A stretch of 64,000 nucleotides of DNA from Spirochaetia bacterium (GTDB lineage Bacteria; Spirochaetota; Spirochaetia; SZUA-6; Bin103). Below are positions 23,078 to 32,505 of this stretch, one piece after another. Made by a program: the position numbers and the translations under genes. The stretch lies in assembly GCA_965203515.1 (NCBI GenBank), contig OZ241907.1, forward strand, positions 3,296,001-3,360,000, given 5' to 3'. Position 1 is the first letter of the stretch. Each line of letters begins with the position of its first letter. The notes beneath the pieces were generated by a model. That model did no database searches, was not told the origin of the DNA, and saw nothing but the letters and a program-made list of their open reading frames with translations.

Positions 23078-23106
23078 ATGCTATCGGCGCGGTTGGACGA
23101 CGTCAA
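23078..23106 (-). promoter_or_regulatory. sigma70-type promoter of the trp operon
   Basis: TTGACG-17 nt-TAGCAT on the minus strand, 10 nt upstream of the leader ATG. Confidence 0.75.
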
Positions 23107-23128
23107 GCGCTTGCGGCAGGCTTTCGGC

Positions 23129-24487
23129 ATGGCGCGCCGCAACGGGGATCGACCGCACGTCGTCTACGTCGATTGCCACGACCTGGGAGACTGGCTGGGC
23201 TGTTACGGGCGGCCCGATCCGCGCACGCCGCACCTGGACGAGCTGGCCGCCGCGGGCGCGCGCTTCGGCATGCACGTGGCCACCGCGCCGATCTGCATAC
23301 CCAGCCGCTCGTCCATGTACACCGGGTCATTGCCGCACGAGGTGGGGGTCGTCGGCCAGGAGCCGCTCGCGCCCGGCACGATCTGCATGGCGGCGCGGTT
23401 CCGACGGGCCGGGTACCGCACGGTGCTGTGCGGCCGCATGATGATTCCCAACGACCCGCAGTGGGCGGGGTTCACGGAGCAGATCGCCGCCGTTCCCGAA
23501 GACCAGGCCGACGCGGCGGCGGCCTTCATCGACGCGCAGCGCGCCGGCGGCGGACCGTTCCTGCTGTCGGTGTCGTTCACGCAGTGCCACCGCCCGTTCG
23601 GCGCGGCGTTCGACGCGGCGCTGGCGGACCGGATCGCCGTGCCGCCCTATCTTCCCGACACCGCGGTCACGCGCCGCGACCTGGCCGCCCTGGCGCGGCA
23701 GATCGCCGACCTGGACGCCCGCGTCGGCCGCATCATGGCCGCCATCGACGGCGCCGGGCTCCGCGAACGCACCCTGGTCGTGTTCACCACCGAGCACGGC
23801 CCGGCCGTGGCTCGCGCCAAGCACACCATCTACGACTCCGGACTGCGCACGGCGCTGCTGATGCGGCTGCCCGGCGTGATCGCGGCGGGGAAGACGATCG
23901 ACCGGCTGTCGAGCAACGTGGACCTGCTGCCGACCCTGGCCGACCTCTGCGGGCTCGAGCGCCTGCACGGCATTCCGGGACTGAGCTGGGCCGCGCAGCT
24001 CGCCGGCGAGCCGGCCGCGCCGTTGCGCCGGTGGGCGTTCAGCCAGCTCAACTGGGGCCGGCGCAGCGGCCGCTGGTACTACACGCCGGCCCGCTCCATC
24101 CGCGGCGCCCGCTACAAGCTGATCCGCAGCTACCGCCGGATTCCGATCTTCGTCGATAACGGCTGGCTGGCGCGCTACGCCGGCGATCGGACGGCGGTGG
24201 AACGCCGGTACCGCGCTCCGCTGCCGGCGGCGCAGCTCTTCGATCTTGCCGAGGATCCGTTCGAGTTGCGCGACCGCGCCGGCGACCCCGCCCTGGCCGC
24301 CGTGGAAGCGCGGCTCAGCGAGCGCCTGGACCGGCACCTGCAGGCGACCGGCGACCCGATTCTCCGCGGGCCGGTCGCCAACCACACGGGCGAGCCGGAC
24401 GTCTGCCAGTGGCGCGAGCGGCCGGACGGCAGCTTCGCCCTGGCGCCCGACGATCCGGTCGACCCCGGCGAAGCGCCCTTCCTCTGA
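23129..24487 (+). CDS. Sulfatase (formylglycine-dependent, S1 family)
   Basis: HDLG, TPHLD, CIPSR (CxPxR), HRPF, AKHTIYD, DLLPT, LFDLAEDPFE. Confidence 0.9.
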   Translation: MARRNGDRPHVVYVDCHDLGDWLGCYGRPDPRTPHLDELAAAGARFGMHVATAPICIPSRSSMYTGSLPHEVGVVGQEPLAPGTICMAARFRRAGYRTVLCGRMMIPNDPQWAGFTEQIAAVPEDQADAAAAFIDAQRAGGGPFLLSVSFTQCHRPFGAAFDAALADRIAVPPYLPDTAVTRRDLAALARQIADLDARVGRIMAAIDGAGLRERTLVVFTTEHGPAVARAKHTIYDSGLRTALLMRLPGVIAAGKTIDRLSSNVDLLPTLADLCGLERLHGIPGLSWAAQLAGEPAAPLRRWAFSQLNWGRRSGRWYYTPARSIRGARYKLIRSYRRIPIFVDNGWLARYAGDRTAVERRYRAPLPAAQLFDLAEDPFELRDRAGDPALAAVEARLSERLDRHLQATGDPILRGPVANHTGEPDVCQWRERPDGSFALAPDDPVDPGEAPFL

Positions 24488-24520
24488 CCGGGCCGGGTCA
24501 AACGCCCCCGCGCCGTCCCC

Positions 24521-25237
24521 TCACCACACGCTCCGCATCGCCCGCACGCAGCGCTGCAGGGCCGGCATCGGGTCATGCACGTCCCCTTCGTATTCCAGGA
24601 TCAGCGGGCCGTCGAAGCCGATCCGGTCCAGGGCGGCGGCCAAGCCCGGCAGGTCCAGGTTGCCGGTGCCGACCACCACGTCGATCGGCTCGCGCCCCTG
24701 CCGGTAGACGAAGTCCTTGACGTGCACGCCGTACAGCCGGTCGCCGGCGAGCCGCGCCAGCTCGACCGGATCGGCGCGCGCGTCGATCGCCCAGGCGGTG
24801 TCGAGCATCACGCCGATCTCGGGTCCGGTCGACTGGAGCAGCAGCTCCACCATGGCCTGCGACCCCAGCCAGTGGCCGCCGCCGTGGTTGTGCACGGCCA
24901 GCCGCAGTCCCAGCTCGCCGGCCACCTGCGCCGCGGTACGGAACGCCTCGGATGAGAACGCGGGCGGAAAGTCGACGCTGACCAGGCCGGTCCCCAGCCG
25001 CCGGGCGAGCTCCAGGCTCGCGCGCATCGCTTCCGCATCGCCGGCGAGCTGCACCACGCCGGTGCTGACGATGGCGATGCCGGCGGCCGCGAACGGATCG
25101 GGGTCAGCCGCATGCGGGCGGGCCAACTCGATCTGCGCCAGCCCCAGTTCGGCGACCATCCGCGCCGCCGCGCGGGAGTCGGTGCAGCCCCGCAGGCACC
25201 ACGTCTGGATCGCCAGATCACGGTGTACGCTACCCAT
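24521..25237 (-). CDS. Sugar phosphate isomerase/epimerase (xylose isomerase-like TIM barrel)
   Basis: HNH, LDTAW, HVKD, ILEYE motifs. Confidence 0.85.
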   Translation of the reverse strand: MGSVHRDLAIQTWCLRGCTDSRAAARMVAELGLAQIELARPHAADPDPFAAAGIAIVSTGVVQLAGDAEAMRASLELARRLGTGLVSVDFPPAFSSEAFRTAAQVAGELGLRLAVHNHGGGHWLGSQAMVELLLQSTGPEIGVMLDTAWAIDARADPVELARLAGDRLYGVHVKDFVYRQGREPIDVVVGTGNLDLPGLAAALDRIGFDGPLILEYEGDVHDPMPALQRCVRAMRSVW

Positions 25238-25248
25238 GGCGCGAGTCT

Positions 25249-27462
25249 ATGGGTTTGTCAGGGCATCGAAAAGCGACCGCGGACCGTTCGCAACCGCTGG
25301 CCGCGCGCATGCGGCCGCGCACGCTGGACGAGGTGGCCGGCCAGCAGCACGTCATCGGGCCGGGCCGCCTGCTGCGGCGGGCGATCGAGGCCGACCGACT
25401 CTCCTCGATCATCCTGTACGGCCCTCCCGGAACGGGCAAGACCACGTTGGCGCGGGTCATCGCCAACACCACCCGCGCGCACTTCATCGCCATCAACGCC
25501 GTGCTGGCCGGGGTCAAGGACCTGCGGGAAGCGATCAAGGTGGCCGGCCGGCACGCCGAGGAGCACGGCCGCCGCACCATCCTGTTCGTGGACGAGGTGC
25601 ACCGCTGGAACAAGGCGCAACAGGACGCGCTGCTGCCGTGGGTGGAGTCGGGAACCGTGATCCTGATCGGCGCCACCACGGAGAACCCGTACTTCGAGGT
25701 GATCAAGCCGCTGGTGAGCCGCAGCCGCATCTTCCAGCTTCTGGCGCTCGATGCCGGCGACCTGCGCGCGCTCGCCGCGCGCGCCTTGGCCGACGGCGAG
25801 CGCGGCTACGGCCGCCTGCAGGTCGACCTGCGGCCCGAGGCGCTCGACCATCTGGTCGACGTGGCGGCGGGCGACGCCCGCAGCCTGCTCAACGCCCTGG
25901 AGTTGGCGGTGGAGACCACCGATCCGGCCGGCGGGCCGATCGTCGTCGACCTGGCGGTGGCCGAGGAGTCGATCCAGCGGCGGGCGGTGCTGTACGACAA
26001 GGACGGCGACGCGCACTACGACACGATCAGCGCCTTCATCAAGAGCGTGCGCGGCTCCGACCCCGACGCCGCGCTCTACTGGTTGGCGCGGATGGTCTAC
26101 GCCGGCGAGGACCCGCGCTTCCTGTTCCGGCGCATGCTGATCCTGGCCGCCGAGGACGTGGGGCTGGCCGATCCGCAGGCGGTCGGCGTGGTCGCCGGCT
26201 GCGCGCAGGCGTTCGACTACGTGGGTATGCCGGAGGGCCGCTTCCATCTGGCGGAGGCGGCCCTGTACCTGTCGACCGCCGCCAAGAGCAACTCGGCTCT
26301 GGGCTTCTTCGACGCCCTGAGCGCGGTGGGCAAGGAGGCGCCGGGCGAGGTGCCGACGCATCTGCGCGACGCCAGTCGCGACGCGGAGGGATTCGGTCAC
26401 GGCGCCGGCTACGCCTACCCGCACGCGTTCCGCGACCACTGGGTAGCGCAGCGCTACCTGCCGGCGGCGCTGGCCGGACGGGTCTTCTATCGGCCGTCGG
26501 CGATGGGATACGAGGGGGAGCTGGCGCTGCAGGTGGCGCGCCGCCGCGAGGAGCAGCTCGCTGCCATGCTCGACGACGACGTGCCGGCGGAGGGGCTCAC
26601 GTCGGCCGGATCGCGGGTGGCCGACGAGCGCGAGCGCTGGCTGGCCCGCGTCGCCGGCGGCCGGTCGGCGGCGCTGGCAGCGATCCGCGACCGCGTGCTG
26701 GACGGCGCGCGGGTCCGGCGCCATCACGTCGTGCTGGACTTGGCGATGGGCACCGGGCTCCTGACCTGGGAGCTGCTGCGGCGTGCGCCGGAAGGCGGCG
26801 TCTATGCGCTGGCGCCGTCGGCCGACCGCTTGGCGCTGGCGCGCCAGATGATCGAGGCCGCGCCGGCCGGCGAGCGGCCGGTGCTGCTGGCCGGCGGGCT
26901 CGGCCGGCTGGGCGAGGCGCTGGCGGACGCCGGCGCGGCGTCGGTGCGGTTCGATGCGGCGGTCGGCCGCGGCGCGCTGGCGCGGCTCGACGACCGGGAG
27001 GCGGCGCTGAGCGGGCTGCGCGCGGCGATGGCTCCGGGCGCGCGGCTGTCGATCGCGGAGACCGACGGCGCGTCGTTCCCGGCGCTGACCGAGCTGTTCC
27101 CGCTGCCGGCCGCGCGCGGCGAACTGGCCGAGCGGATCGCACGGGTGCAGCGGAGCATCGCCGGCGCCGCGGCGCCCGCGCCGGAGCGGCTGCGGGCTGT
27201 GCTGGAGGCGGCCGGCTTCGCGGAGGTCGCCGTCGACGAGGAACGGCTGCACGCCGACATCCAGGTCAACCCGGCGTGGATCGACCGGCTGCTCGGCAAC
27301 GAGCGCCGCGCGGGGCCCCTCGCGCAGGCGCTGCGGCGCGAGCTGCCGCCGGACGACTTGGCCGCGCTGCGCGCCGCGGCGACCGCGGCCGTCGGCCGCA
27401 CCGTCGCGTGGCGGCGGACCGTGATCTACGCGCGCGCCACCGTCTCGAACAGCTTGTCGTAG
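25249..27462 (+). CDS. rarA: Replication-associated recombination protein RarA/MgsA with C-terminal SAM-methyltransferase-like extension
   Basis: PLAARMRP, GPPGTGKTT, DEVHRW, GATTENP, SAFIKSVRGSD, EDVGLADP, YAYPH; extra ~290 aa with VLDLAMGTG. Confidence 0.9.
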   Translation: MGLSGHRKATADRSQPLAARMRPRTLDEVAGQQHVIGPGRLLRRAIEADRLSSIILYGPPGTGKTTLARVIANTTRAHFIAINAVLAGVKDLREAIKVAGRHAEEHGRRTILFVDEVHRWNKAQQDALLPWVESGTVILIGATTENPYFEVIKPLVSRSRIFQLLALDAGDLRALAARALADGERGYGRLQVDLRPEALDHLVDVAAGDARSLLNALELAVETTDPAGGPIVVDLAVAEESIQRRAVLYDKDGDAHYDTISAFIKSVRGSDPDAALYWLARMVYAGEDPRFLFRRMLILAAEDVGLADPQAVGVVAGCAQAFDYVGMPEGRFHLAEAALYLSTAAKSNSALGFFDALSAVGKEAPGEVPTHLRDASRDAEGFGHGAGYAYPHAFRDHWVAQRYLPAALAGRVFYRPSAMGYEGELALQVARRREEQLAAMLDDDVPAEGLTSAGSRVADERERWLARVAGGRSAALAAIRDRVLDGARVRRHHVVLDLAMGTGLLTWELLRRAPEGGVYALAPSADRLALARQMIEAAPAGERPVLLAGGLGRLGEALADAGAASVRFDAAVGRGALARLDDREAALSGLRAAMAPGARLSIAETDGASFPALTELFPLPAARGELAERIARVQRSIAGAAAPAPERLRAVLEAAGFAEVAVDEERLHADIQVNPAWIDRLLGNERRAGPLAQALRRELPPDDLAALRAAATAAVGRTVAWRRTVIYARATVSNSLS

Positions 27463-28499
27463 CCGTCGATCACCTGCGGCCAGGCATGGCGGGCGGCGAT
27501 CCGCCGCCATCGGCCGCGCTCGGCAGACGGCGTCCGCAGCTCGCGGGTAAGCCGATCGATCAGGCCGGCGGAGTCTTCGTACAGACAGCGTTCGTGCAGC
27601 TCCGGCGGGATCAGCTCCGGGTAGACCAGCCGCCGCGGCAACAGCGGCATGCAGCCGGCGTGGATCGCCTCCATGACCGCGATCCCGAAATTCTCCTGCA
27701 CCGCCGTGGAGACGACCACGCTGCCGGCAGCGAGCAGGCGCAGGTATTCCGGCCGGGCCGGAAACCGGTCGTGGACGATGCGGCCGGCCAGCGCGGCGCG
27801 CGCCTGCACCAGCGCATCCGGTTCCGGAATCAGGCGCTCGCCCAGGAGCGCCACCCCGAACGGCACGCCGCGCCGCGCCACCTCCGCCAGCGCGGCGACG
27901 AACCCGTGCGGGTCCTTGTCGAACTCCCAGCGGTGGTTCCAGATCACCACCGGCGGACCGGCCGGCCGGGTTCCCGGCGGGCCGTGGTCGAACCGGCAGC
28001 CGGGATAGCGCACGCTGGAGCGATCGAGCCGTTCCGACGGCGCCTCCGGCCGCGCCTCCGCGTCGGGGAACCGTTCGATGACCGCCGGCAGCCGCGCGCG
28101 AAAGGCCGCGCGGTGGAACTCCGAGTTGAAGACGACGTGATCGGCGGCGCAGACGTTGGTCACGTCGCGCCAGAGCAGTTCGGCGCCGGCCGATCCGCCG
28201 GGCGGGACCGGATAGGAGACCTGGCTCTCGTGCAGGTACAGCAGCAGCGGCGGCGTACGCGCGCCCCACACGGCCCGCACCTGCGCCAGATCGAGCAGCC
28301 CCGTGGCGACCACCAGATCGTAGCGCTCCGGCTGCGCCACCCGCTGCGCCAGCGTCAGCCCGGCGGCGCGCAGCCGCCACTTCCACAACCGGGCCGGCAG
28401 GCTCTGCAGGTCGATCCGGTGCCGCGAGTGCTCCCGCAGCCCGTCCACGAACTCGCGGTGCGAACCACCATAGAACGGCTCCAGGAACAGGATGCGCAC
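27426..28499 (-). CDS. DUF3524/GTDC1-like GT-B glycosyltransferase
   Basis: EPFYGGSH, WKWR, FNSEFHR, WNHRWEFDK, ENFGIAVMEA, YPEL motifs; GTG start 28499. Confidence 0.85.
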   Translation of the reverse strand: MRILFLEPFYGGSHREFVDGLREHSRHRIDLQSLPARLWKWRLRAAGLTLAQRVAQPERYDLVVATGLLDLAQVRAVWGARTPPLLLYLHESQVSYPVPPGGSAGAELLWRDVTNVCAADHVVFNSEFHRAAFRARLPAVIERFPDAEARPEAPSERLDRSSVRYPGCRFDHGPPGTRPAGPPVVIWNHRWEFDKDPHGFVAALAEVARRGVPFGVALLGERLIPEPDALVQARAALAGRIVHDRFPARPEYLRLLAAGSVVVSTAVQENFGIAVMEAIHAGCMPLLPRRLVYPELIPPELHERCLYEDSAGLIDRLTRELRTPSAERGRWRRIAARHAWPQVIDGYDKLFETVARA

Positions 28500-28556
28500 G
28501 ATTCCGATAGTATATGTTGCGGCGTTCGATGGGCGCGATGCAATGAAGGCTTGGTG

Positions 28557-29816
28557 ATGGCGAGGATCGAGGGATTCCGGGTGAAGAACTTCAAGGTACT
28601 CAAGGACGTCACCCTCGGTCGGCTCTGGAATCAGCGGGACCGCGCGCCGCTCACCCCCATGGCGGCGGTGATCGGCAAGAACGGGGTGGGGAAGAGCGCC
28701 CTGATCGATGCCTTCGGGTTTCTGACCGATGCCCTCACGCTGGGCGTCGAGGACGCCTGCGATGCGCGCGGGCGCGGCGGCTTCACGCGGCTGCGCACCC
28801 TGGGGGCATCTGGACCGATCGAATTCGAGCTGTACTATCGGCAGCGCCAAGGAGATCGTCCGATCACCTACGAGATCGAGATCGACCAGGATAACCGCGG
28901 CCGGCCGAGCGTGACCTACGAACGGCTCCGGCAGCGGCGCCGCGGCCAGAAACACGGCCGGCCATTCACATTCCTGTGGTTGAAAGACGGCAAAGGCGTA
29001 GCGTGGAAGGGGGCGCCGGACGCCGGGATCGCCGAGGGACCGAGAGACTCCCAGGACCGCTTGGAACCGGAGGAATCCGGGGACCGCGAGGCAGTGGAAC
29101 TGGCGAATCCAAGCCTTCCGGGAGTCGCCGCGCTGGGCGCATTGACGCAGCATCCGCGCATCGCCGCGTTTCGCCGCTTCATAGCAGGCTGGCACCTGAG
29201 CTACTTCAGCCCGGACGCCGCGCGCAGCCTGCCGCTGGCCGGCCCGCAGAAGCATCTCAACATGCGCGGCGACAACCTTGGCAACGTCGTGCAATTCATG
29301 GAGCGCGATCACCCGGGGCGCTTCGGGAAGGTGCTGGAACGCATCGCTGCCAGGATTCCAGGGGTCGACAAGATCGATACGGAGAAGACCAGTGACGGCC
29401 GGCTGTTGCTCAGGTTCAACGACATGGGATTCACGGATCCGTTCTACGCCCAGCAGATGTCCGACGGGACGCTCAAGGTGTTCAGCTATCTGTTGATGCT
29501 CGAAGATCCGACGCCGCCGCCGTTCCTGTGCATCGAGGAGCCCGAGAACGGCCTGTACCACAAGTTGCTGGAGACCCTGGCGACCGAGTTCCGCGAACAC
29601 GCGGCAAGGCCGCGCGGTTCGCAGGTGCTCATCACCACGCACCAACCGTATTTCGTCGACTCGTTGGAGCCTGGAGAGGTCTGGATACTGGAGAAGGGCG
29701 CCGACGGGTGTTCGACCGTACGCCGCGCCAGCGAAGATCGGGTCGTTACCAGCTTGGTGGAGGAGGGCCTGCCGCTCGGCGGTCTCTGGTACAGCGACTA
29801 TCTGGATGCCCGGTAA
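28557..29816 (+). CDS. ABC-type AAA ATPase (AAA_15/AAA_21, OLD/SMC-like)
   Basis: VKNFK, Walker A GKNGVGKS, signature MSDGT, Walker B IEEPENG, H-loop TTH. Confidence 0.9.
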   Translation: MARIEGFRVKNFKVLKDVTLGRLWNQRDRAPLTPMAAVIGKNGVGKSALIDAFGFLTDALTLGVEDACDARGRGGFTRLRTLGASGPIEFELYYRQRQGDRPITYEIEIDQDNRGRPSVTYERLRQRRRGQKHGRPFTFLWLKDGKGVAWKGAPDAGIAEGPRDSQDRLEPEESGDREAVELANPSLPGVAALGALTQHPRIAAFRRFIAGWHLSYFSPDAARSLPLAGPQKHLNMRGDNLGNVVQFMERDHPGRFGKVLERIAARIPGVDKIDTEKTSDGRLLLRFNDMGFTDPFYAQQMSDGTLKVFSYLLMLEDPTPPPFLCIEEPENGLYHKLLETLATEFREHAARPRGSQVLITTHQPYFVDSLEPGEVWILEKGADGCSTVRRASEDRVVTSLVEEGLPLGGLWYSDYLDAR

Positions 29817-29821
29817 ATACC

Positions 29822-30463
29822 ATGCACTTCGAGATTCTGGTAGAGGATCAGTCCGGCAAGCGGGCGCTCGATATCCTCATGCCGAAGATCGTCAGCGATC
29901 CCCATACATTCCAGGTGATCGGTTATCGCGGAATCGGCCGCCTGCCCAAGAATCTCAGAAGCGGATCGGATCCCCGCAAGCGGTTGTTGCTCGACCAGCT
30001 CCCACGCTTACTGCGCGGTTATGGCAAGTCATTCAGGAGCCGTCGTGCGGCGGTGATCGTGGTATGTGACCTTGATGACCGGTGCCTCAAGGTATTTCGC
30101 CAAGACTTGCGCGGCGTTCTAACTGCATGCAATCCGCGCCCGGAGACGCGCTTCTGCATTGCAATCGAGGAGGGTGAAGCCTGGCTGCTCGGCGATTATC
30201 GAGCGGTCGAGGCCGCCTATCCCACCGTCGACATGAGCGTACTGAGGAGCTACCGCAACGACGACATCTGCGGGACCTGGGAGCTGCTGGCGGACGCCGT
30301 GTGCCGCGGCGGTGCCGCGGGCCTGAGACGGTCGGGATGGCAGGCCGTAGGCAAGGAGAAGAGTGAATGGGCTGAGCGCATCGCTCCCCACATGGACGTC
30401 GACCGGAACTCGTCGCCGAGTTTCCGGTATTTCCGGGAGCGGATTCGCGCGCTGGCGCAGTAG
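29822..30463 (+). CDS. DUF4276-like TOPRIM-fold protein, partner of the upstream ATPase
   Basis: ILVEDQS (TOPRIM Glu), VCDLDD (DxD), IEEGEAWLLGD, SPSF; starts 5 bp after the ATPase stop. Confidence 0.75.
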   Translation: MHFEILVEDQSGKRALDILMPKIVSDPHTFQVIGYRGIGRLPKNLRSGSDPRKRLLLDQLPRLLRGYGKSFRSRRAAVIVVCDLDDRCLKVFRQDLRGVLTACNPRPETRFCIAIEEGEAWLLGDYRAVEAAYPTVDMSVLRSYRNDDICGTWELLADAVCRGGAAGLRRSGWQAVGKEKSEWAERIAPHMDVDRNSSPSFRYFRERIRALAQ

Positions 30464-30534
30464 CGTTGCAGCAGCGAGTTCGAGCGCGCGGCTTCGGCAG
30501 GAAGGCGGCCATCGCCGTGCGGTAAGGTAGGTCG

Positions 30535-31635
30535 ATGCTGCGTGTCGGGATCGTCGGCCTGCCCAACGCCGGCAAGTCCACCCTGTTCAACGCCCTCACC
30601 GGCAGCCGGCAGGCGGACGTCGCCGCCTACCCGTTCTGCACGATCGAGCCCAACGTCGGGGTGATCGAGGTGCGCGACGAGCGGCTCGAACGGGTCCGGG
30701 GGCTGTTCGACTCGCCGCGCGAGGTGCCGAGCTCGATCGAGTTCGTCGACATCGCCGGCCTGGTGGCCGGCGCCAGTACCGGCGAGGGGCTCGGCAACCG
30801 GTTCCTGGGCCACATCCGGGAGGTCGACGCGATCGCGCACGTCGTACGCTGCTTCGACCGCGACGGCATCCCGCGGGCGGAGGGCTCGGTCGATCCGGTG
30901 GCCGACGCGCAGACGGTGGAGACCGAACTGGCGCTGGCCGACCTGGGCACGATCGAGCGCCGGCGCGAGCGCACGGCGCGGCGCGCCCACGCCGGCGACA
31001 AGGACGCCCGCGAGGAGTTGGCGCGGCTGGAGCGCTTTCGGGCCGCGCTCGATGCCGGCGCGCCGGCGCGCGCCATCGATCTCCAACCGGGCGACGGCGA
31101 GCTGCTGAACGAGTTGTTCCTGCTCACCGGCAAGCCGGTCATCTACGTGGTCAATACCGGGGAGGAAACCATCGGCGCGGACGACGGCCGTATCGCCGCC
31201 GTGCGGGCGCATGCCGCCGGCCGGGCGGGCGGTGGCGCCGGCGTCCTGGCGATCTGCGCCGATCTGGAAGCGGAGATCGGCGACCTGGAGCCGGACGAAG
31301 CGGTCGAGTTCCTGCGCGACGCCGGCATCGCCGAGCGGGGCATCGATCGGCTGGTACGCCACGCCTACCGCCTCCTCGGTCTCATCACCTTCTTCACCGC
31401 CAACGACACCGAGGCGCGCGCCTGGGCGATCCCGCGCGGCACCGGCGCGGCGCGGGCCGCCGGCAGCGTGCACAGCGACATGGAGCGCGGCTTCATCCGC
31501 GCCGAGGTGGTCGGCTATGAGGACCTGTCCGCCTGCGGCGGCATGGCGCAGGCGCGCGAACAGGGGCGTCTGCGCGTGGAGGGCCGCGATTATCGGGTGC
31601 GTGACGGCGAGGTCATCCTGTTCCGGTTCCGTTAG
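30535..31635 (+). CDS. ychF: Redox-regulated ribosome-binding ATPase YchF
   Basis: GIVGLPNAGKST, YPFCTIEPN, DIAGLV, GEGLGN, C-terminal TGS (GFIRAEV, EGRDY). Confidence 0.96.
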   Translation: MLRVGIVGLPNAGKSTLFNALTGSRQADVAAYPFCTIEPNVGVIEVRDERLERVRGLFDSPREVPSSIEFVDIAGLVAGASTGEGLGNRFLGHIREVDAIAHVVRCFDRDGIPRAEGSVDPVADAQTVETELALADLGTIERRRERTARRAHAGDKDAREELARLERFRAALDAGAPARAIDLQPGDGELLNELFLLTGKPVIYVVNTGEETIGADDGRIAAVRAHAAGRAGGGAGVLAICADLEAEIGDLEPDEAVEFLRDAGIAERGIDRLVRHAYRLLGLITFFTANDTEARAWAIPRGTGAARAAGSVHSDMERGFIRAEVVGYEDLSACGGMAQAREQGRLRVEGRDYRVRDGEVILFRFR

Positions 31636-32432
31636 CAGCGGTCGGCGCCGAGCAGGTCGCGCAAACAGGCCGCGCCCAGGCGCACCTGCTCTACGCGGTC
31701 CGCCTGCCCGCCCTCGTACACGATCGACAGGCAGCCGTTGTAGTTCGCGGCGCGGATGATCGACACGATCCGTTCGTAGTCGAGCCATTCCTCGCGTCCG
31801 CTCTCGATCCGGTAGAACTTGGTGCGGATGCCGATCGCGTACGGCACGGTCTGCTCCATGTAGGCGTAGAAGTCGTGGGCCGGGTCGGTCACCCCCACCG
31901 GCGCCGATCCGGGCGACCCGATCCACTGGCCGGTGTCGACGATGAAGTCGAAGTTGTCGCGATCGACGTCCGCGCGGATGCGGAGCATCTCCGTTCCCGT
32001 GACCGGATGGTTCTGCAAGCCGATGGCGACGCCGCGCGCGGCACCGTAGTCGGCAACCTCCCGGTACCCGGCGATCATCGCCGGCCAGGCCGGCTCGCCG
32101 TCGCCGTTCTTGTCCGGGACCGTGGCGCAAAACATGCGGATGATCGGAGCGCCCAGAAAGGCGGCCAGATCGATCGCCGCCTTCGCGTTGGCCGCGTGCG
32201 CCCGCCGCTCGTCGGTCGTGCCATGAAACAGCCCGCTGACGCCGACGTAACCGATCGGCAGGCCGTACCGGAGGCAGAGCAGCTTGATCGAGCTGAGGTA
32301 CGCGGTGTCCCGGGACGCGAACGCCGATTCATGAAAGTCGACGCTGTCGAGGCGCAGGTCGTAGCAGGTCCTGATGAAGTCCTCGACGCTCAGGTCGCTC
32401 AGGCTCAGGGAGTTGCAACCGATCTTGATCAT
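31632..32432 (-). CDS. Sugar phosphate isomerase/epimerase family protein
   Basis: TIM-barrel pattern: GAPIIRMF, GLQNH, DTGQW, LDYERI, SIVYEG. Confidence 0.8.
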   Translation of the reverse strand: MIKIGCNSLSLSDLSVEDFIRTCYDLRLDSVDFHESAFASRDTAYLSSIKLLCLRYGLPIGYVGVSGLFHGTTDERRAHAANAKAAIDLAAFLGAPIIRMFCATVPDKNGDGEPAWPAMIAGYREVADYGAARGVAIGLQNHPVTGTEMLRIRADVDRDNFDFIVDTGQWIGSPGSAPVGVTDPAHDFYAYMEQTVPYAIGIRTKFYRIESGREEWLDYERIVSIIRAANYNGCLSIVYEGGQADRVEQVRLGAACLRDLLGADRC

Positions 32433-32505
32433 GGAGTCCGTCCTTTGCGCGGCCAGCATAGTCGGGGGACGGCGCGCCGTATATGCTATCTCGGCAGCAC
32501 CGGCC

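Noticed and set aside
24717..29816. 1699-aa ORF in the track as one giant protein
   Set aside because: The first ~1280 codons are low-complexity shadow frame over other real genes; only 28557-29816 carries ATPase motifs.
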